Shown here in pieces: positions 28,301 through 41,709 of a stretch of DNA of 64,000 nt. Under the pieces are notes generated by a model that was not told where the DNA came from, ran no database searches, and was given only the letters and a program-made list of their open reading frames with translations. Made by a program: the position numbers and the translations under genes. How positions within the stretch are numbered: the first letter of the stretch is position 1; the number at the start of each line of letters is the position of its first letter. Source of the stretch: Takakia lepidozioides (taxonomy: Eukaryota; Plantae; Bryophyta); NCBI GenBank assembly GCA_030704615.1, contig CM060734.1, forward strand, positions 42,098,001 through 42,162,000. Reading direction: 5' to 3'.

Positions 28301-28468
28301 TCTCCCCTGCCATACAAATCTCGGCATCACCAGGTTGTAGGGCTGAATGGCAGTGTTCAGACTAATACAATTCCAGCTTTGGCATTTATGTCATCATATT
28401 GAACTGGCTCTTTGCCAGTTTCCAGGCCTACTAGGTTTGCATAAGCATTGCAAACACAAACAATGTGA

Positions 28469-31400
28469 CTAGGTTGGGCTGAAAGCAGATCCCTCGTCAT
28501 CGTCTTCGTTGGCTCCACCATTCCCACCATCAAAAGTAACTAAGGCCAACCTATACCCTTCCTCTACCTCATTGTCCATGTTTTCCCTTCCTTCTTCCAC
28601 CTCCATGTCTCCTTCTTCCTCATCTGGTTCGTCCTCGTCCTCCTCGTCATCAGATGTTTCATTTGACCTCCTCCTTTTCCTGCTGTTGTGGCGGCGGATT
28701 TCGTTATCAATTCTGAGAACTTTCCGGCCCTTGGAACCCACCTCCACCTTGAGCAAGCCGGCCTCATGCTTGAAGTGGTAGGGCGCCCGGAAGCAGAAAA
28801 GGGAGAGGTCCGTAAACTCCAGCAGCTCATCCATTTTCCTGCAACCAAATCAAACCATTTTCCTGAAGTGGCAGCCATCTCATGGAACTATACTCACTAC
28901 AGCAAGTGGAATTTGGATTCTCCGCTGGTAAAACATGATAATACATGTCGAAAGGAAGGCTACTGAGGGCACCAAACATTGAAATTAAACAGTGTACTGC
29001 AGTAAGGGAGAGAGAAATCACCGGTAAGTGTCCCGATCCGATGTTTTCTGCAAAAGACGGCAACGTGCATAAAATCCCTCCCTGCCTGGTTTCGCTGCCT
29101 CCAGGCTGTTGATGAGAATAGTACTGTCCACCACATACTGACACCACACATCCCAAATATACACACAGTGTCAGGTCACACCATTTACTACATGTCCCAC
29201 CACCGTGCCTATAAGCCCTAGAATCAACTAGTATGTGTGTCATCTGGCCCTTCCAGACATTTGAGCATATCCTGTCCGATTCGCATGACAACCTCTAGAA
29301 GAAGCAGACATGTGCATGCCGTGTCTGTCTCTTCCAGAGATTCGGTGCATGTTGCAATGATATGTACCAACCTCAGAGAGACACCTAACTGTGTGTCTCC
29401 TACAGAGACATCTTTCAGAGATCCTATGCAACCTTGGAGATACATGGACTTCGGAGATTAAACAACGTCCAATTATGAGAGGTGCTCCTGCAAAGGATTA
29501 GTACAGTATTGAAAGGATTACCTACTGTTAGGATTTAGGGAACTTACGACAAAGTAACGACTCCAAGTTTGTGGGCAGTTAACTGCCCACACCTCCTCAT
29601 GTCCAGGATAAATGAAGATTTTGTCTTGCACTTTCAAATAAGTAGTCACCCTGCGCCAAAGAGCCACAAAATAAACAGCATTTGGTCCTTCAGTGCTCTG
29701 TCACATTACTACTGAATGTGGATGCAGACTGATGCCATGCAGGTCAGTGAGTTATTAGTAAACTTTCCCTTGGAATATTGGCTATGGTATACTCTCGATG
29801 GCACAGACCCCCTTTACTCAAAGACTCGTGGGATTCTCACCTGCCCAGGTATGAAACAGGAGGGTTGGTATGGTCAGTGTAAGGGTGTTTTGGCCAGCAC
29901 TCTGTAACCTTGACAGAGCAGACATGGTTCAATAACTGCCAAAGAGAACTTCCCATGTGACCAGTGCCTATAATGTACGGTTGAGAGCATACCCATCACT
30001 GACACTAACCCCCTCACAGGGTATGTCTTCGGGTTAGACCACAAGGATTATGAAAACTCAGCCTGTTTACAGAGGTGGGTGTGTGCAGTTGCTGAAGACA
30101 TTGGGATCTCCCTCTTCATGTCAGAATATCCTCGGTAGGAAAAGGAAATGATGTTCTGTCTCCACCTAATGGGATGTGGCATAATCGACAAATTCTACAT
30201 CAGTCCATCAGTGTGTAGGAGGCACAATCCCAAATCCTCATTGGCTTGTGCACAACCAGCCAGAATTCTGATAAACAGAGAATGACATCATGCTTAAAAA
30301 AGTTAACATGCTTCCCACAATGCCACTTTATTTGTGAATTTGGCTATAGGTGTGACATTGCCAGTATCAGTCAGGGAAAGAAAAAGACCCAAATTAAAAT
30401 TACTGCATCTGCAGGAAGCTCAAGAGATAATAGGGTAGAGATAGCAAAGTATGGGAGACCCATGTTGTTCAGATGCATATACCTGTGAGAGAAGGCCAAC
30501 CAAGAATCTTGAATATCTACTTCCTTCCTTACTTCCAGAAGTCCAGCCCCACGGTTTGGGTTCCATTCGTCAGCCTCATCCTCCAGATAGGGCAAAGTCA
30601 TCTCAAGGTATTGCCTGCGTCATGGGAGGATAGGGAGGAAATAACAGCTTTCAGTCTGGAGCTGAGCTATGATTTCTTTAAAACAAGCTTTCAAAGTATC
30701 CCGATTCATAAGGGAGAAACTGAAATCATCTGACCAGATCAAAGACATTTCTAGAGTGAGCAGTGAAGGACAATGGGCTTATAATTATGCAGGGATAGTA
30801 TGAAGAACAATCAGGCCTGGAACTCTTGTCTTTAACCCAACACGAGCGAGCCAAGGGTCATAAATTACGCACATTTCAATACGTAGAGGTTGCTTGGTTA
30901 CATTGCGCTTTGAACCAGGATCGTCAAAGGGAGAGAACCTGTCACCACTTCTTTTCAGAATGCGGGCATACCAGTTGGGTCGCTCATGCTGGTTGAACAA
31001 TGCCCACAACTGCGAACAGATCCAAACTATCATTAGAAACTCCTTGTTAGAGATGCAAGAAAGACAAGAGAAGCAGCCTCACTCCAAGTTTTCAACACTC
31101 CGGATCAATGGATTACATAAGTGAAATTTGGCTTTATCCAAAGAAAGTCCTCTGAAATGCAATCATGAGAGCTTTACATTTTATCAGTCAGCCAGCAAAC
31201 AAGGGAGATAGAGGAATACCTCTCCAGGATCCATAGCAGAGCATTCATCCTCCTTTACCGGTCCCAAGATACAGACAGGCTCTGAGGATTCACGGATATT
31301 GCTCTTTAGAAGTGGGCTTATGAGATAAGCAATGACCGGCACCTACAGAGCACACAGGGGGCAAGAGAAATCACGACCAAACTATGGTTAGACATAACAC

Positions 31401-34400
31401 AGCCAGTGGCTGTGGTACCTGGGTGTGTGTTGCTTCCAAACTGGTTTGCATGTGTGAGAAATAGAGAGTGTGTTTGCACTTCAGGGTTTAAGCTTTAGTA
31501 TCATAGCAGAACTGCAGTCTCCCTCTCTCCCTTGTCTACCCTGTGTTCTAAGTTTCTTTCTCTCTCTCTTCCCTCCTCGGCCCTGTGTGAACATCATATA
31601 CTTTCTTACTTTGCACTACTGGATTCATGAAGCATTATTGTGTACAAAGAGAGGACCCAGCAGAGGACTGCATGGAAATGAGCAAGAACAGACAGCCATG
31701 GTAACCTTAAGCTACATGATCTCAATAAGATAATTGTGGTGGAATACTGCCATTTAACCTCCAATTCTGTCCTTTGTTCCATCATTCCTTCCCTTCCTCC
31801 ACCCTCAAAACTAGGCACTGAGCTTTCTCGTCTCCTCACAGAATCTCTGGTAGGCAATGGAAGGAATGTAAGCTTCTAAAGAGGAAGGACAAACACAGAT
31901 ATTAGAGGGACAGACAACAGACCTGCACGTTCCAGTATTACATAGAGAAGAGGGACAAGAGAGAAATACAAGAGGAGAAAAGTGAAGTGCGTGAAGAAAA
32001 ACAAATGGGATGAAAGGCAAAACCATACATTCCCTCACAACAACTTTCCTAAGAATTGAGAAAAAGTTTCACTCTGGTCAGATCTATGTTTGTGAACAAA
32101 AAGTCGGGAGGAAATTCATATCTTTGATGTGCATATTATAACCCTGCTGATGCCCACCCCAACCAAGACTAGAGAGCAAGTAGATGATTGATCTTACTGA
32201 GTAAGAGTTCCCGAGCAACATCCATCTGATGCTGGTCTTCAGCTTCTCCTTTCTGTTCCCTGGCAATGGCTGAGAACGTAACTGAGTGGATGCCTGATCC
32301 CTATGGGTCCTTCCTGGATGCTTTTTTGGGGTTTGAAAATTCTTGACCACCTCAGGCCTGGGTGAAGTACAATAAGAGAGCATCTATAAGAAGTAAGAAG
32401 CATCCATATGAAACATGAAACATGAGACAAAGCAGCAGCTAAAGGAACATGGCAACATCAACAAAAATCAGAAAGCATCTTTGACTGTTTTAAATGAGAA
32501 AACTCCACCCAGTAGGGAATGACAAATGTGCATGCCTAGAATAAAACCCTCCAGCTCCGAAGCTGCTAAATCAAGCCCTTGCCACAATCATTCCATATGC
32601 ACAATTTGCACCAGATCAACTATTCTTCCAATGCAATCATCATTAACTCAGAAAATACGACCCCTAACTGTAACTTGGTAATCTTCTGTCAGTTTGTCCC
32701 TTCCTGTGCCTGGAAAAAAAGTTTCTGTTCCCCGCATAAAACTTTGTACTGTGAAATCCTCCCATACAGGACTCAGCTCACACTACCCTACCATGCACCC
32801 ACTATAAGGTACAGAGGTATAGCTGCAAGCATTTGACAAGCCTCTTCTGAATCATCGACTCAGGAGTAGCATACCAGTCTGAATTACAGGCCTCTTCCAC
32901 TAGCAGAAAACGAAGACTTCAAACAACTGAACTAATCACCACTCTTCCCGACAGCCACCTAGCGGCAAGACTCGTTTAGTTACAAATTTTTTCAGCCTCG
33001 ATGCGTTCCCTTACAGTCTGCAAGCTACGAAGGACATTCTTTCCCTCCACAAAACCACACAAATACACTATGCTGGTCATAAGCTCAAAATATTTACGTA
33101 CCTGTTTGTAATGAGAGCATTTAAGTAATTGTCGGCTCCCTTTATTTGCACATGGGTGTAATTTGCTGGATATCCCATTAACATTTCCACCTCCATGTGA
33201 TTTACATAGCGCAGAGTCTTGGTGCCAACTTGCATCACTTGCTCCAGTTGCACGTTGTTGCCGTTGTGGGAGTTGTTTGACATAATCACCTAAGTCCCAC
33301 ATATCAGATTCTTAGGAGAGAGAAAATAGAGAAACTATAGAATGTTCCCCACTGGGCACAAGACATGAGAGGAAGTAGCATGACAATCAAAATTACATCC
33401 AGGAAGCGCAGAGGGCCTGTGGATGGTAGATTTCCAACATGCTTTCTTTGACCACCGTGACCTGGATGGATTCTACAGATTTAGCATGTTTGGAATTTGT
33501 CGAGAGTACCCAGGACAATGAATCAGAAAGTGAACATTGTCTTCAGGTGCCCACGCAACGGGCATTCCTCTCTGCATCTGTTTGCTGTTCAAAGGTGGGG
33601 TTCCTGCCCCGAGTTTAAATTTCCCTCTAGTGTCGAGAGTGGGCAAACCCTGGAGGTCATCCATGATGGCCTCCCCCACGTCACAGACTGGAAACAAGTT
33701 CAGGGAGAGAGGGAGAGAGAGAGAGCTTAAGAAAGAAGTACCCCAGTTTTCGATTCAAGGGCAATAGCATCCTGGAGGCAACTTTGGACAGATGTCGATG
33801 GGTGGTCTCTCAAGTGGGGAAGCCTTGGTGGGTGGGGAATATTGGTCCAATACAACCGACGCCGTCTGCTGGGGGTGAGCTCAATAGAGTCTAATTCAAA
33901 AGGCAGCATCTCGAGGTGCTTGGAGATTTCGTCTCGGTCAACCCATGACATTGAAGCCACATTCTCCACGAGAAACCTGTCCACAGACAAAATGGAAACA
34001 ATCAAACAAAGGCCACGAAGATCATCAGTGAGGGGTGCTTGCTTTTAGGCCATGTCTTAGTATTCCTGCAATATCCAGGTCAATGTAGCAACTAATCACT
34101 AACAGCCTTGAATCTTCACAGGTTAAGTCTGGACAACACTTTTGAACCCCATATATCCAGGTAAGGTTTTTGGCCCACCGTCAACCTGAATAATGATTTT
34201 TATACTGATCGTATTAGGTGAGCTACAGTGAGCTGTTCCAAATGATAACAAAATAAAACGACTGAGTACAACTAAAGCTTTTCGAGGAGCACTCAGGCTG
34301 TCAAGCAAGTACAAGGCAGATAGATAGCAGGCAAAGAGTAAATGAGTCCTTCAAATCTATGGATGCCACTAGTGTAGAAGGGAAGACGAAACTGCCAAAC

Positions 34401-37068
34401 GCAACATGTGGAAAGATCTTAATGCAGTACTCTATTGAGACATCTTGAATGAAAGGCAGACTTCAGCACTGTCAGCTTTATGAATTTCTTCTATTTGCTT
34501 GTATTACAAACACATTACAACCAACTGATGTAAGCAAATAGGAACAGCATAGTACCATTTGGGCTTGAACTCTTGAAGCACCCTAAGCAGCTCAAAAAAG
34601 AGCTTGCTCCGCCGTCCATGAAGACTGTGATCAACAAATGAAATAATAATGCTCAACGCCAAGTATAGTTTCAAACTCTAAGCACTCCCACGTGTTTCCT
34701 AGACACACTTGCTCTGTTGGAAATGAATTGTCAGCCATAGCACCTTCTTAAGATACAGGTCTCTCTCTAGTTGTACTGTGTTGTTCCACTCGTGTCAATA
34801 AGAGCCTTCAAGCCTCCCATACACATCATGAACTCTTTTTTTTTTCCCCTTTCTTTCTCTTTCATTCTTTATCCCACTGTAATACAGTTTCTCTTCCCCA
34901 GCTGCATAGCTGTTCTACGTTATTAGGCTTCTGGTAATGCTTTACTAACTAATGGCTCTGCAATCAGTCTGTGAAGGAGAATTCTCTCTTTCTCTCCCTC
35001 AACTACGATAAAGCACCATTTCATTTCTCCCTCAACTACGAGATCCGTGGGAGATTCCACTGTTTATTCAGTGGAACCCAAACTCTCACTGATGTCTTTC
35101 ACTATGAGGATAAAAAATGCTTGGCAGCCTACCTACATGAGGCCTTCACCCTTAGACAATCGCTAGAACATTAATTGTGGTTTCTGGATTTGTTCCTCTC
35201 TCATGTTTTCTTCCATTTTGTCCCATAAGCTCTACGAGCTTTCCGCGGACGTTATAAAGCACCATTTCATTTCTCTCCCTCAACAGACTCACAAGCAGTG
35301 CAATCTCTATAATTGTCACATCTACTGCCAGGTTAAGAGAGCAGGAGTTCTGGCTGGCCATTGATCTAGATGGCTAGAAGGCACTTAAATCAACACACAG
35401 TTCCCTTTAGCTGGATTGTCCCCAGCCGTTTGCATACCGATTTCAAGTCGAGTTCCGTACCGTGATGGGGAAAACCTCACAAAAGGGCAAGAGGGCTTTG
35501 TCCTGCAGGGTATGTAATGGCCAACACTTGCGGGGAATGGTCCTGTAGTGCATCATCATCATGTCTCTGCCTCTCTCACAAAACTCAATGACATGTAACC
35601 TTGTTGGGATTGGCTGTGCATGGCAAATTTGTTAATTTCATATTTGTTGAGTAGCATTCCTATACTTTGCTTGGGGGATGGATATCCGGAACGGACTATA
35701 ACCTTAAGGATATCTCATTGCAACCTTCCAAAAAAGAAGGTCAAAGAATTCTCTCTCTCTCTCTCTCTCTCTCAACGAGTCTAGGGCTTCATCATTCAAG
35801 ATCATGCTATCTGTTGGCAATACCAGGCCTCAAATCCAGAGTCAGTATGTGTAACTGGACAGTACTAGGCTGTGGCACCATTCGATCTCAATGTCATACC
35901 AGGCTAGGGAGTGAAAGTACCAGCTCTGGGCACTCAAGTCTTTGAACTACGTCATATAAGATTGGTACTATTCAGAGGACAGCTAGAGACAACATCTGTC
36001 TTTTTGTCACACACACAGACCACTACCTTTGGTCCTCGCTTCTAGCATTCAGTTCTTCCTTCTCTGATGTCAAGCAACTTCAGAGGAGTCTGAATAATAT
36101 TGACTGAAGAAGGACCTTACCCCTCTTTTTTGCCCATGCAACTCAGATCCTGGCAGGGGAAGCCGCCCACAACAAGATCAACTTCCTCGGTGATGGCTGC
36201 ACTCTCAAGTTTCCGCACATCTCCAACATGCCGGACTTGCGGGTACCTTGTCTTGACGACTTGTACTGCCGGTGCACTCTGAAATCAAACAATGCTACTA
36301 ACAATGCTAAGCTGCTGAAAAAATCTCATGCAGTGTGCAGTTGCTCTTCCGGATTGTGAGAACTCCATATTGGACAACAGTTCCTGTGCCTTTTTCCGAT
36401 GTTTTATCTACCTGCTTGCGAAGACACAGAGTACAGTGATATGAACTCACCACTTCGGAACTGTAGCCAATAAACGGAATACCAAGGCGAGAAAGGGCTG
36501 CCCAGATGCCGCCGATGCCGTCAAAGAGGCTCAGAACCACCAGCGGGTCACCCTTCCAGGGCCCCGCCTCGTGCCTGAATGCAGCAATCCAGTCTCCATC
36601 TCCATCTCCCTCAAATACTTCCTGCAGCTTTTCGTTTGTCTACTGTATGAGGCTCGGTTTCAGCAACTTCTGACACTTCATTGATACCACGTGCTTACAG
36701 CATCTTACATCTTCAACATGAAAAATTGAATATATGTGAGACAACGAGCTCCTTTGCGCGGGAATCCTCACGATACTACAAGCAGTGCCAGGTATAGATA
36801 ATCATGAATCTCACCGAACAAAAATATGCATAGTGAAAAGACAATGAGCAATGACCGTGGAATGTGCCGCGAATGGCATCGATGCAGCCTTCCGATTTCG
36901 GTCTGCAGAGGACCGTGTCGGCGAAGGCCTGCCATCCTGCCATTCTCTCTGCAAAGGTGATGACAGAGGCGGGGAATGGATCCCCTGCTGCCAACCTTTA
37001 TCCTCCTGCTTCTTTAAAGTCTGAGCTTCTCTCTCAATTTCCTGAATCTTCCTAATTAGACTCTCCAT
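28469..37068 (-). CDS. DNMT3: DNMT3-type DNA (cytosine-5)-methyltransferase with C-terminal DUF3444-like domain and acidic tail
   Basis: Phase-consistent exons: 37068-36856 (least certain), 36621-36451, 36278-36121, 34624-34556, 33976-33742, 33289-33102, 32357-32198, 31342-31220, 31009-30873, 30614-30483, 29650-29548, 29137-29022, 28838-28469. Motifs are in canonical order: I VLSLFDGIGG, IV DLVVGGFPCQDLS, VI FLVENVASM, VIII RRRLYWTNIP, IX EVEMLMGYPANYT, X RWMLLGNSYSVPVIAYLISPL. These are followed by PGELWALFN..PNWYARI, FSHR and IYPGHEEVWAV (DUF3444-like). Confidence 0.9.
33475..33705 (-). mobile_element. LINE family B internal fragment in a DNMT3 intron
   Basis: LFPVCDVGEAIMDDLQGLPTLDTRGKFKL...[12 protein letters not shown] matches the 57007..57936 ORF. 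It sits beside (GA)n, about 35 bp from a donor site. Confidence 0.8.
35004..35273 (+). mobile_element. LINE family A 3' fragments with triplicated target sequence
   Basis: Matches the 3' end of 47600-48893 (YEIRGRFHCLFSGTQ...LRQSLEH*, then GCACCATTTCATTTC). TCTCCCTCAAC occurs at 34993, 35026 and 35274. Confidence 0.85.
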
Positions 37069-37955
37069 CAGACTACTTGCGATCCCGAATCTCGAATGTG
37101 CACTTCTTCAGAATGAGACTAGAGGAGAGACTAGCGGATGTAGTCTTCCCTTGAAGCATTGAGCAACAATTTCGAAGTAGCATGCAAATCAGGGATTGCT
37201 CAACTCAAACACAAACTACTTAACAATTGACCATGTAGCAGGCGCAAGAAGATAGTCGATGAATCGAAGCAAGCGCCACTCGACACACTCTCACACGGAC
37301 ACACACACCTTGGAACGCAGCGCCCGAGAGAAGGGCCGGGTGGCCCGAAGCTCACGCGGCTATCCCGCACGCCGGAGAACCTGACCGTTACGATGTTTCC
37401 TACCTACAACGCTGCCGTCGACGGACGGATGAGGATCATTCGTCACTCGATAATCCGTTGAGATACAGTGGTGATATACTCCCAGCTGACGACCGATTAT
37501 CATCCTTTTCGGCTAGGGTAACCAACGATACATCGACACAGGTTAAAGCACATCGATTGTGGCCAATCACGGCGCGTAGAAATATATTGTAGAATCCAAT
37601 GAATTAGTGTGATGAGTGCGGGAATGAATGGTGACGGCTGTTGAATGGGACGCTTCGGCACTCCGTTAAGGGCTTATCACTTCCATCATCCCCCCGACTG
37701 TTGACTACTCCGCCGGACAGTCATGTGTCACATTTTTGTCCCGCAGCAAATCATCCGCGCCACTGTTTGGCAATCATGGGACATTTAGTGGCACACTTTA
37801 TTTGTCCCGCTACAACTGCGGGAAGCATCTTCACACGCTGACCTCAAAGTCTGCTGTCCCTACCCTTTCAGTACCATAATTTGTCATCGCCTCTGAGCTA
37901 GGTAGGCTTCAAATCCTCATGCCCATTCTTCCAAGGACATTGCTTATCAGCTTAA

Positions 37956-39177
37956 CCCCTAAAGGCCAAGGGCCAATTTTTGCCAAGACCTGAAAAACTG
38001 GACCCTGGCCCTCTAAAACATTTATATCTTGAGATTTACTAAGGCGCAACTACCCCACCTATGACCACAAAAATCCCTGTCTAAATCCAACCAGCAGATC
38101 CAAAGAATATAATGTCTGAAAGTGGTGCAAAAAAACAACAAACATGAAGTAAATAGGGAAAAAAAAGTGATTTTTCTATCGAATTTCCCATCTGTGAACT
38201 GGTCTGACATGACACTCTCCAGAATCTGGTGCCCTGTCATATAAGACACCTTCCCTGCAAATTTCATATTTTTCTGACATAATCTCAGGTATGCTAAAAA
38301 TGGGGGGTCAAATTTGGGGTTTTCCTTAGGGCAGGAAAAAATGTTTGTAAACTTTTGAGCCGTTCATTTGGCAATCGCTCCGGTGAGAATGTTGTGGGTG
38401 GGTAGCTTTTCCCCAAAAACATTTCGGGCCAATCTGAGTCTCCTAATAGGTCTTTTACCCCCTGCCCATGAGACTTGCAATTGCACCTATGTGGGCCTAT
38501 AATTTTTGGACAGTAGCCCTCTCTTGTGGAGGGTTTTAGGGGGTGCCTCATTCTACCCGTCCCTCCCAAGGCATGTCCACACCCCCACCCAGCGGGCCAC
38601 CCCTATGTTTATTGGGTTTTGGGGTCAACCACCCCACGCGTTGCCCAAGCCACCCATGCCCGACCAGAAAAACAAAACTTGGCGGATTTCACAAAGTGGA
38701 CGGAATATGCCAACAGGATTTGAATTTGGATGAATGTGGGAGGTTTCTACATCCATACTTCCACGGATGATGTTGGATGAATTTGGATGAGTTTGGATGG
38801 CATGGAGATCTCCAAGGCAGGTCGGCTGGGGGTGCCATTTAGGGGGTAAGTGGCGCAATGAAGGGTGTTGGGAGACGCACCACCCTCCCATTGGGGGGTG
38901 CACGGAATGTCACCCTAACCTGACCCTATTTGTCATGTCATCCTTAGGGCAGGTTAGATGGTGAAAAGTGGCCTCAAAATCACGAGTGTGGTGGACTCTA
39001 CGCTCTCCACGTGGCAATTTCCGGGACATATGACCAATTGGGAAATTCCATGTCATACCTGAATTGATTTCCAATAGAATGAGCCTATGTGGGCCCACAT
39101 CAGGCTTAACCTCAGAGATAACCAGCCTGTTTTCTAAACCCAACCGACCCAAGTTGGGTCGTTTTGACGCTTAGGGG
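37956..39177. mobile_element. Non-autonomous piggyBac-type element (1222 bp)
   Basis: TTAA on both sides (37952-37955 and 39178-39181). Termini CCCCTAAAGGCCAA and TTGACGCTTAGGGG give an 11/14 inverted match, with the first 7 bases perfect. No convincing ORF inside. Confidence 0.7.
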
Positions 39178-39384
39178 TTAAGTTACTCATTGCAAGTGAC
39201 TGCTGACTGCATACTGAAGTCATTAATAAGCCCTACGGGCCAAAAGGAGCACCTGCCCGACCATAATTGGTGTAACTTAACTTATGGCATAAATTTTCGT
39301 CGTGACATGAGGGCAGATGGATCCCTTGCCTCCTCAAATGTTGGTGAAGATTTGATACGAAGGAGTTTGCATCTTTAAGTATTA

Positions 39385-39753
39385 GGGTAGAACACCCTAT
39401 GACCGTTCATCTAAAGATGGCGGAAGATCTAACGGTGAATTTTTGTCATTTTTACCCCGGATAAATTGATAAGATGCCCCACATCTGGGGTATCCCAACA
39501 CATTTGGAAGTGCATGATTTCATGAAATCCACACAAAGTTATGGGGTTTCAAAGTTGAACCAATCCGAATGCTTGTGTGAAGTTTGAGCCCTATGACCAC
39601 TCATATTTCTTGGGGGTTCTATCAAACAATTGTTTGCCAAGTGGCCAAAATGAGCAGTCTTGGGCCCAGCCATGGTCGCTCATGCAGGCCTGACCCAAGC
39701 AATTATGAGGTGAACGGTCATAGGAACTATAACGGTCATAGGGTGTTTTACCC
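39385..39753. mobile_element. MITE (PIF/Harbinger Tourist-like), copy 1
   Basis: TIR of about 23 bp: GGGTAGAACACCCTATGACCGTT / AACGGTCATAGGGTGTTTTACCC. TA-containing flanks. A second copy lies at 40249-40606. Confidence 0.85.
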
Positions 39754-40248
39754 TATAGCTGATACCTATTCTGTCTTTGTATGTAACCTGAGGCTTGGCT
39801 TCCTGCATATGCACCGTCCCCATATTTGCTTAAAAGCAGCTTCTTCCTCCATGTTTTGCAAGAATGTTGTATACCTGGAAATAGGCCTATGGTTAACCGC
39901 ATCTAGGCATATGGTTAAAAAAAGTTGATCCATTATTCAATCTCTACCTCAAAAATGGACCTCCAACTTTTATCCTTTATAATAACTATATACCCCAATT
40001 CATTTGGCCAGTTTGGGAAGGTCAGGCAATCCGACACTGTGCGAAGAGCCAATCAGTGGGACCGCTGGAGGCGTAGAGAGGAGGGAAATAGCTCGACAGG
40101 ATGTAGACACCTGTAGGCCTAGGCTAGCGTAGGAGGTGGGCCTCCTTTTACTTCTAGAGAATTCCAGAAGGGGCAGGAGTGGGTGGGGACGAGGCGGTGG
40201 GCCCTCTTCTAGAAGGCTCCACCACCGCCTTAAGATAATATATATAGA

Positions 40249-40606
40249 GGGTAGACAGGCCTATGACCGTTCATCTAACGATGGCAGAAGATCTAACGGT
40301 GAATTTTTGTTGTTTTTTACCCCGGATAAAATTGATAAGATGCCCCACATCAGGGGCATCCCAACACACTTGGAAGGGCGTGATTTCATGAAGTCCACAC
40401 AAAGCTCTGGGGTTTCAAAGTTGACCAATCAGAACTTGTGTGAACCTTGAGCCCTATGACCAATCACATTTTTGGGGGGGTTCTATCAAACAACTGTTTG
40501 CCAAGTGGCAAAACTTGGGCCCAGCGATGGTAGCTCATGCGGCCTGACCCAAGCAGTTATGAGGTGACCGGTCTTAGGAACTATAACGGTCATAGGGTGT
40601 TTTACC
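40249..40606. mobile_element. MITE (Tourist-like), copy 2
   Basis: Collinear and highly similar to 39385-39753 along its whole length, including the TIRs. Confidence 0.85.
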
Positions 40607-41337
40607 TAATGGGTATAGATTTTACAATTCTGCCTCCCTTTGGTGGGCTCTGCCAGCACGCCCCTCTTAGAAAATAAAAATTTGGAACCTGAACATCAAC
40701 TAGTTAAAAAATGTCTTACTAGACAAGACATACTCTAGACCATAGCCCAAATCCTGGCAGGCTGTTCCTGAAGGTCGAAAAAATGGAGAAGATTGGAGCA
40801 GCGGAGGGCAGGCATGTTGGAATAGGTGAAATAGGAGGACAGCTCTAGAGGGTAGCTTAGAAGTAGGAAGGGTGGGCCTGCTCTTAGTTCTGGAGCATTC
40901 CAAAAGAAGGCTCCACCAGGGCATTCAAAGAGTATATAAAGAGGGTAATAAGGGCTAAACTCTACAGGATTTCTGCACGTCACTTAGGTGGGCTCTGCAA
41001 GCAGGCCCCTTAAAAAAGTGTAAAGTTGAAACCTAAACCATAATAAGGGTCCCACATATTGTAGTATACGAAAGTGTTTCCCTTACATTCTCTGTTGAGG
41101 ACGAAACGACAAGACGTCGGGTTCTTGAATCAAAACTTCGAAATCAACTGGTCTCGCAACTATAGAAGGGAGCTCGCGGGTGGCTGCGGGTAAAAGGCGA
41201 AGGGGAATGTGGGGGTCCCGCCAGCATTGAATGCCGGGTGGCCGGGCCCAGTGGATAATAAGCCCTCGGACAGTGCAGATTCCGTGGAGGGATGACAAAT
41301 TGGTAATGGTTTTGTACGTGTGCAGTGGAAGATCTTA

Positions 41338-41709
41338 GGCCGCTTTACACTAGGGCCCAAGCCCAAGACCAAGTGAGAATGGAGCATTCCCATTGGCGGA
41401 GGCCTGAAAATTGGGCTTTACATTACGGCCCAAGCCCAAGAAAATGGAAGTGGGTGATTTGCCTACGTGGCACCTACATGGCACAAGTTTTGGCGCCAAC
41501 TTGTTGGGCCGGACCAAGAAAAAGGAACCCTCCTAGAATGGAGACCCAACTCTGAGCTCTTGGGCCCAAGTAGTTTGGTATTAAAATAGACTATTTTTGT
41601 GCGATCATGACTGTTTGATCGTGACCGTTGAAGTTGGCCCAAGACCAACCCGAGTGGTAGAAATTGGGCCCAGGATTTCTTGGGCTTGGGCCCTAGTGTA
41701 AAGCGGCCC
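41338..41709. mobile_element. MITE (PIF/Harbinger Tourist-like), second family
   Basis: TIR of about 30 bp: GGCCGCTTTACACTAGGGCCCAAGCCCAAGA / TCTTGGGCTTGGGCCCTAGTGTAAAGCGGCC(C). Flanked by TTA and TAA. Confidence 0.85.

Noticed and set aside
32976-33060. Extra DNMT3 exon (EGKNVLRSLQTVRERIEAEK)
   Set aside because: The exon ending at 33102 joins the exon starting at 32357 in phase without it.
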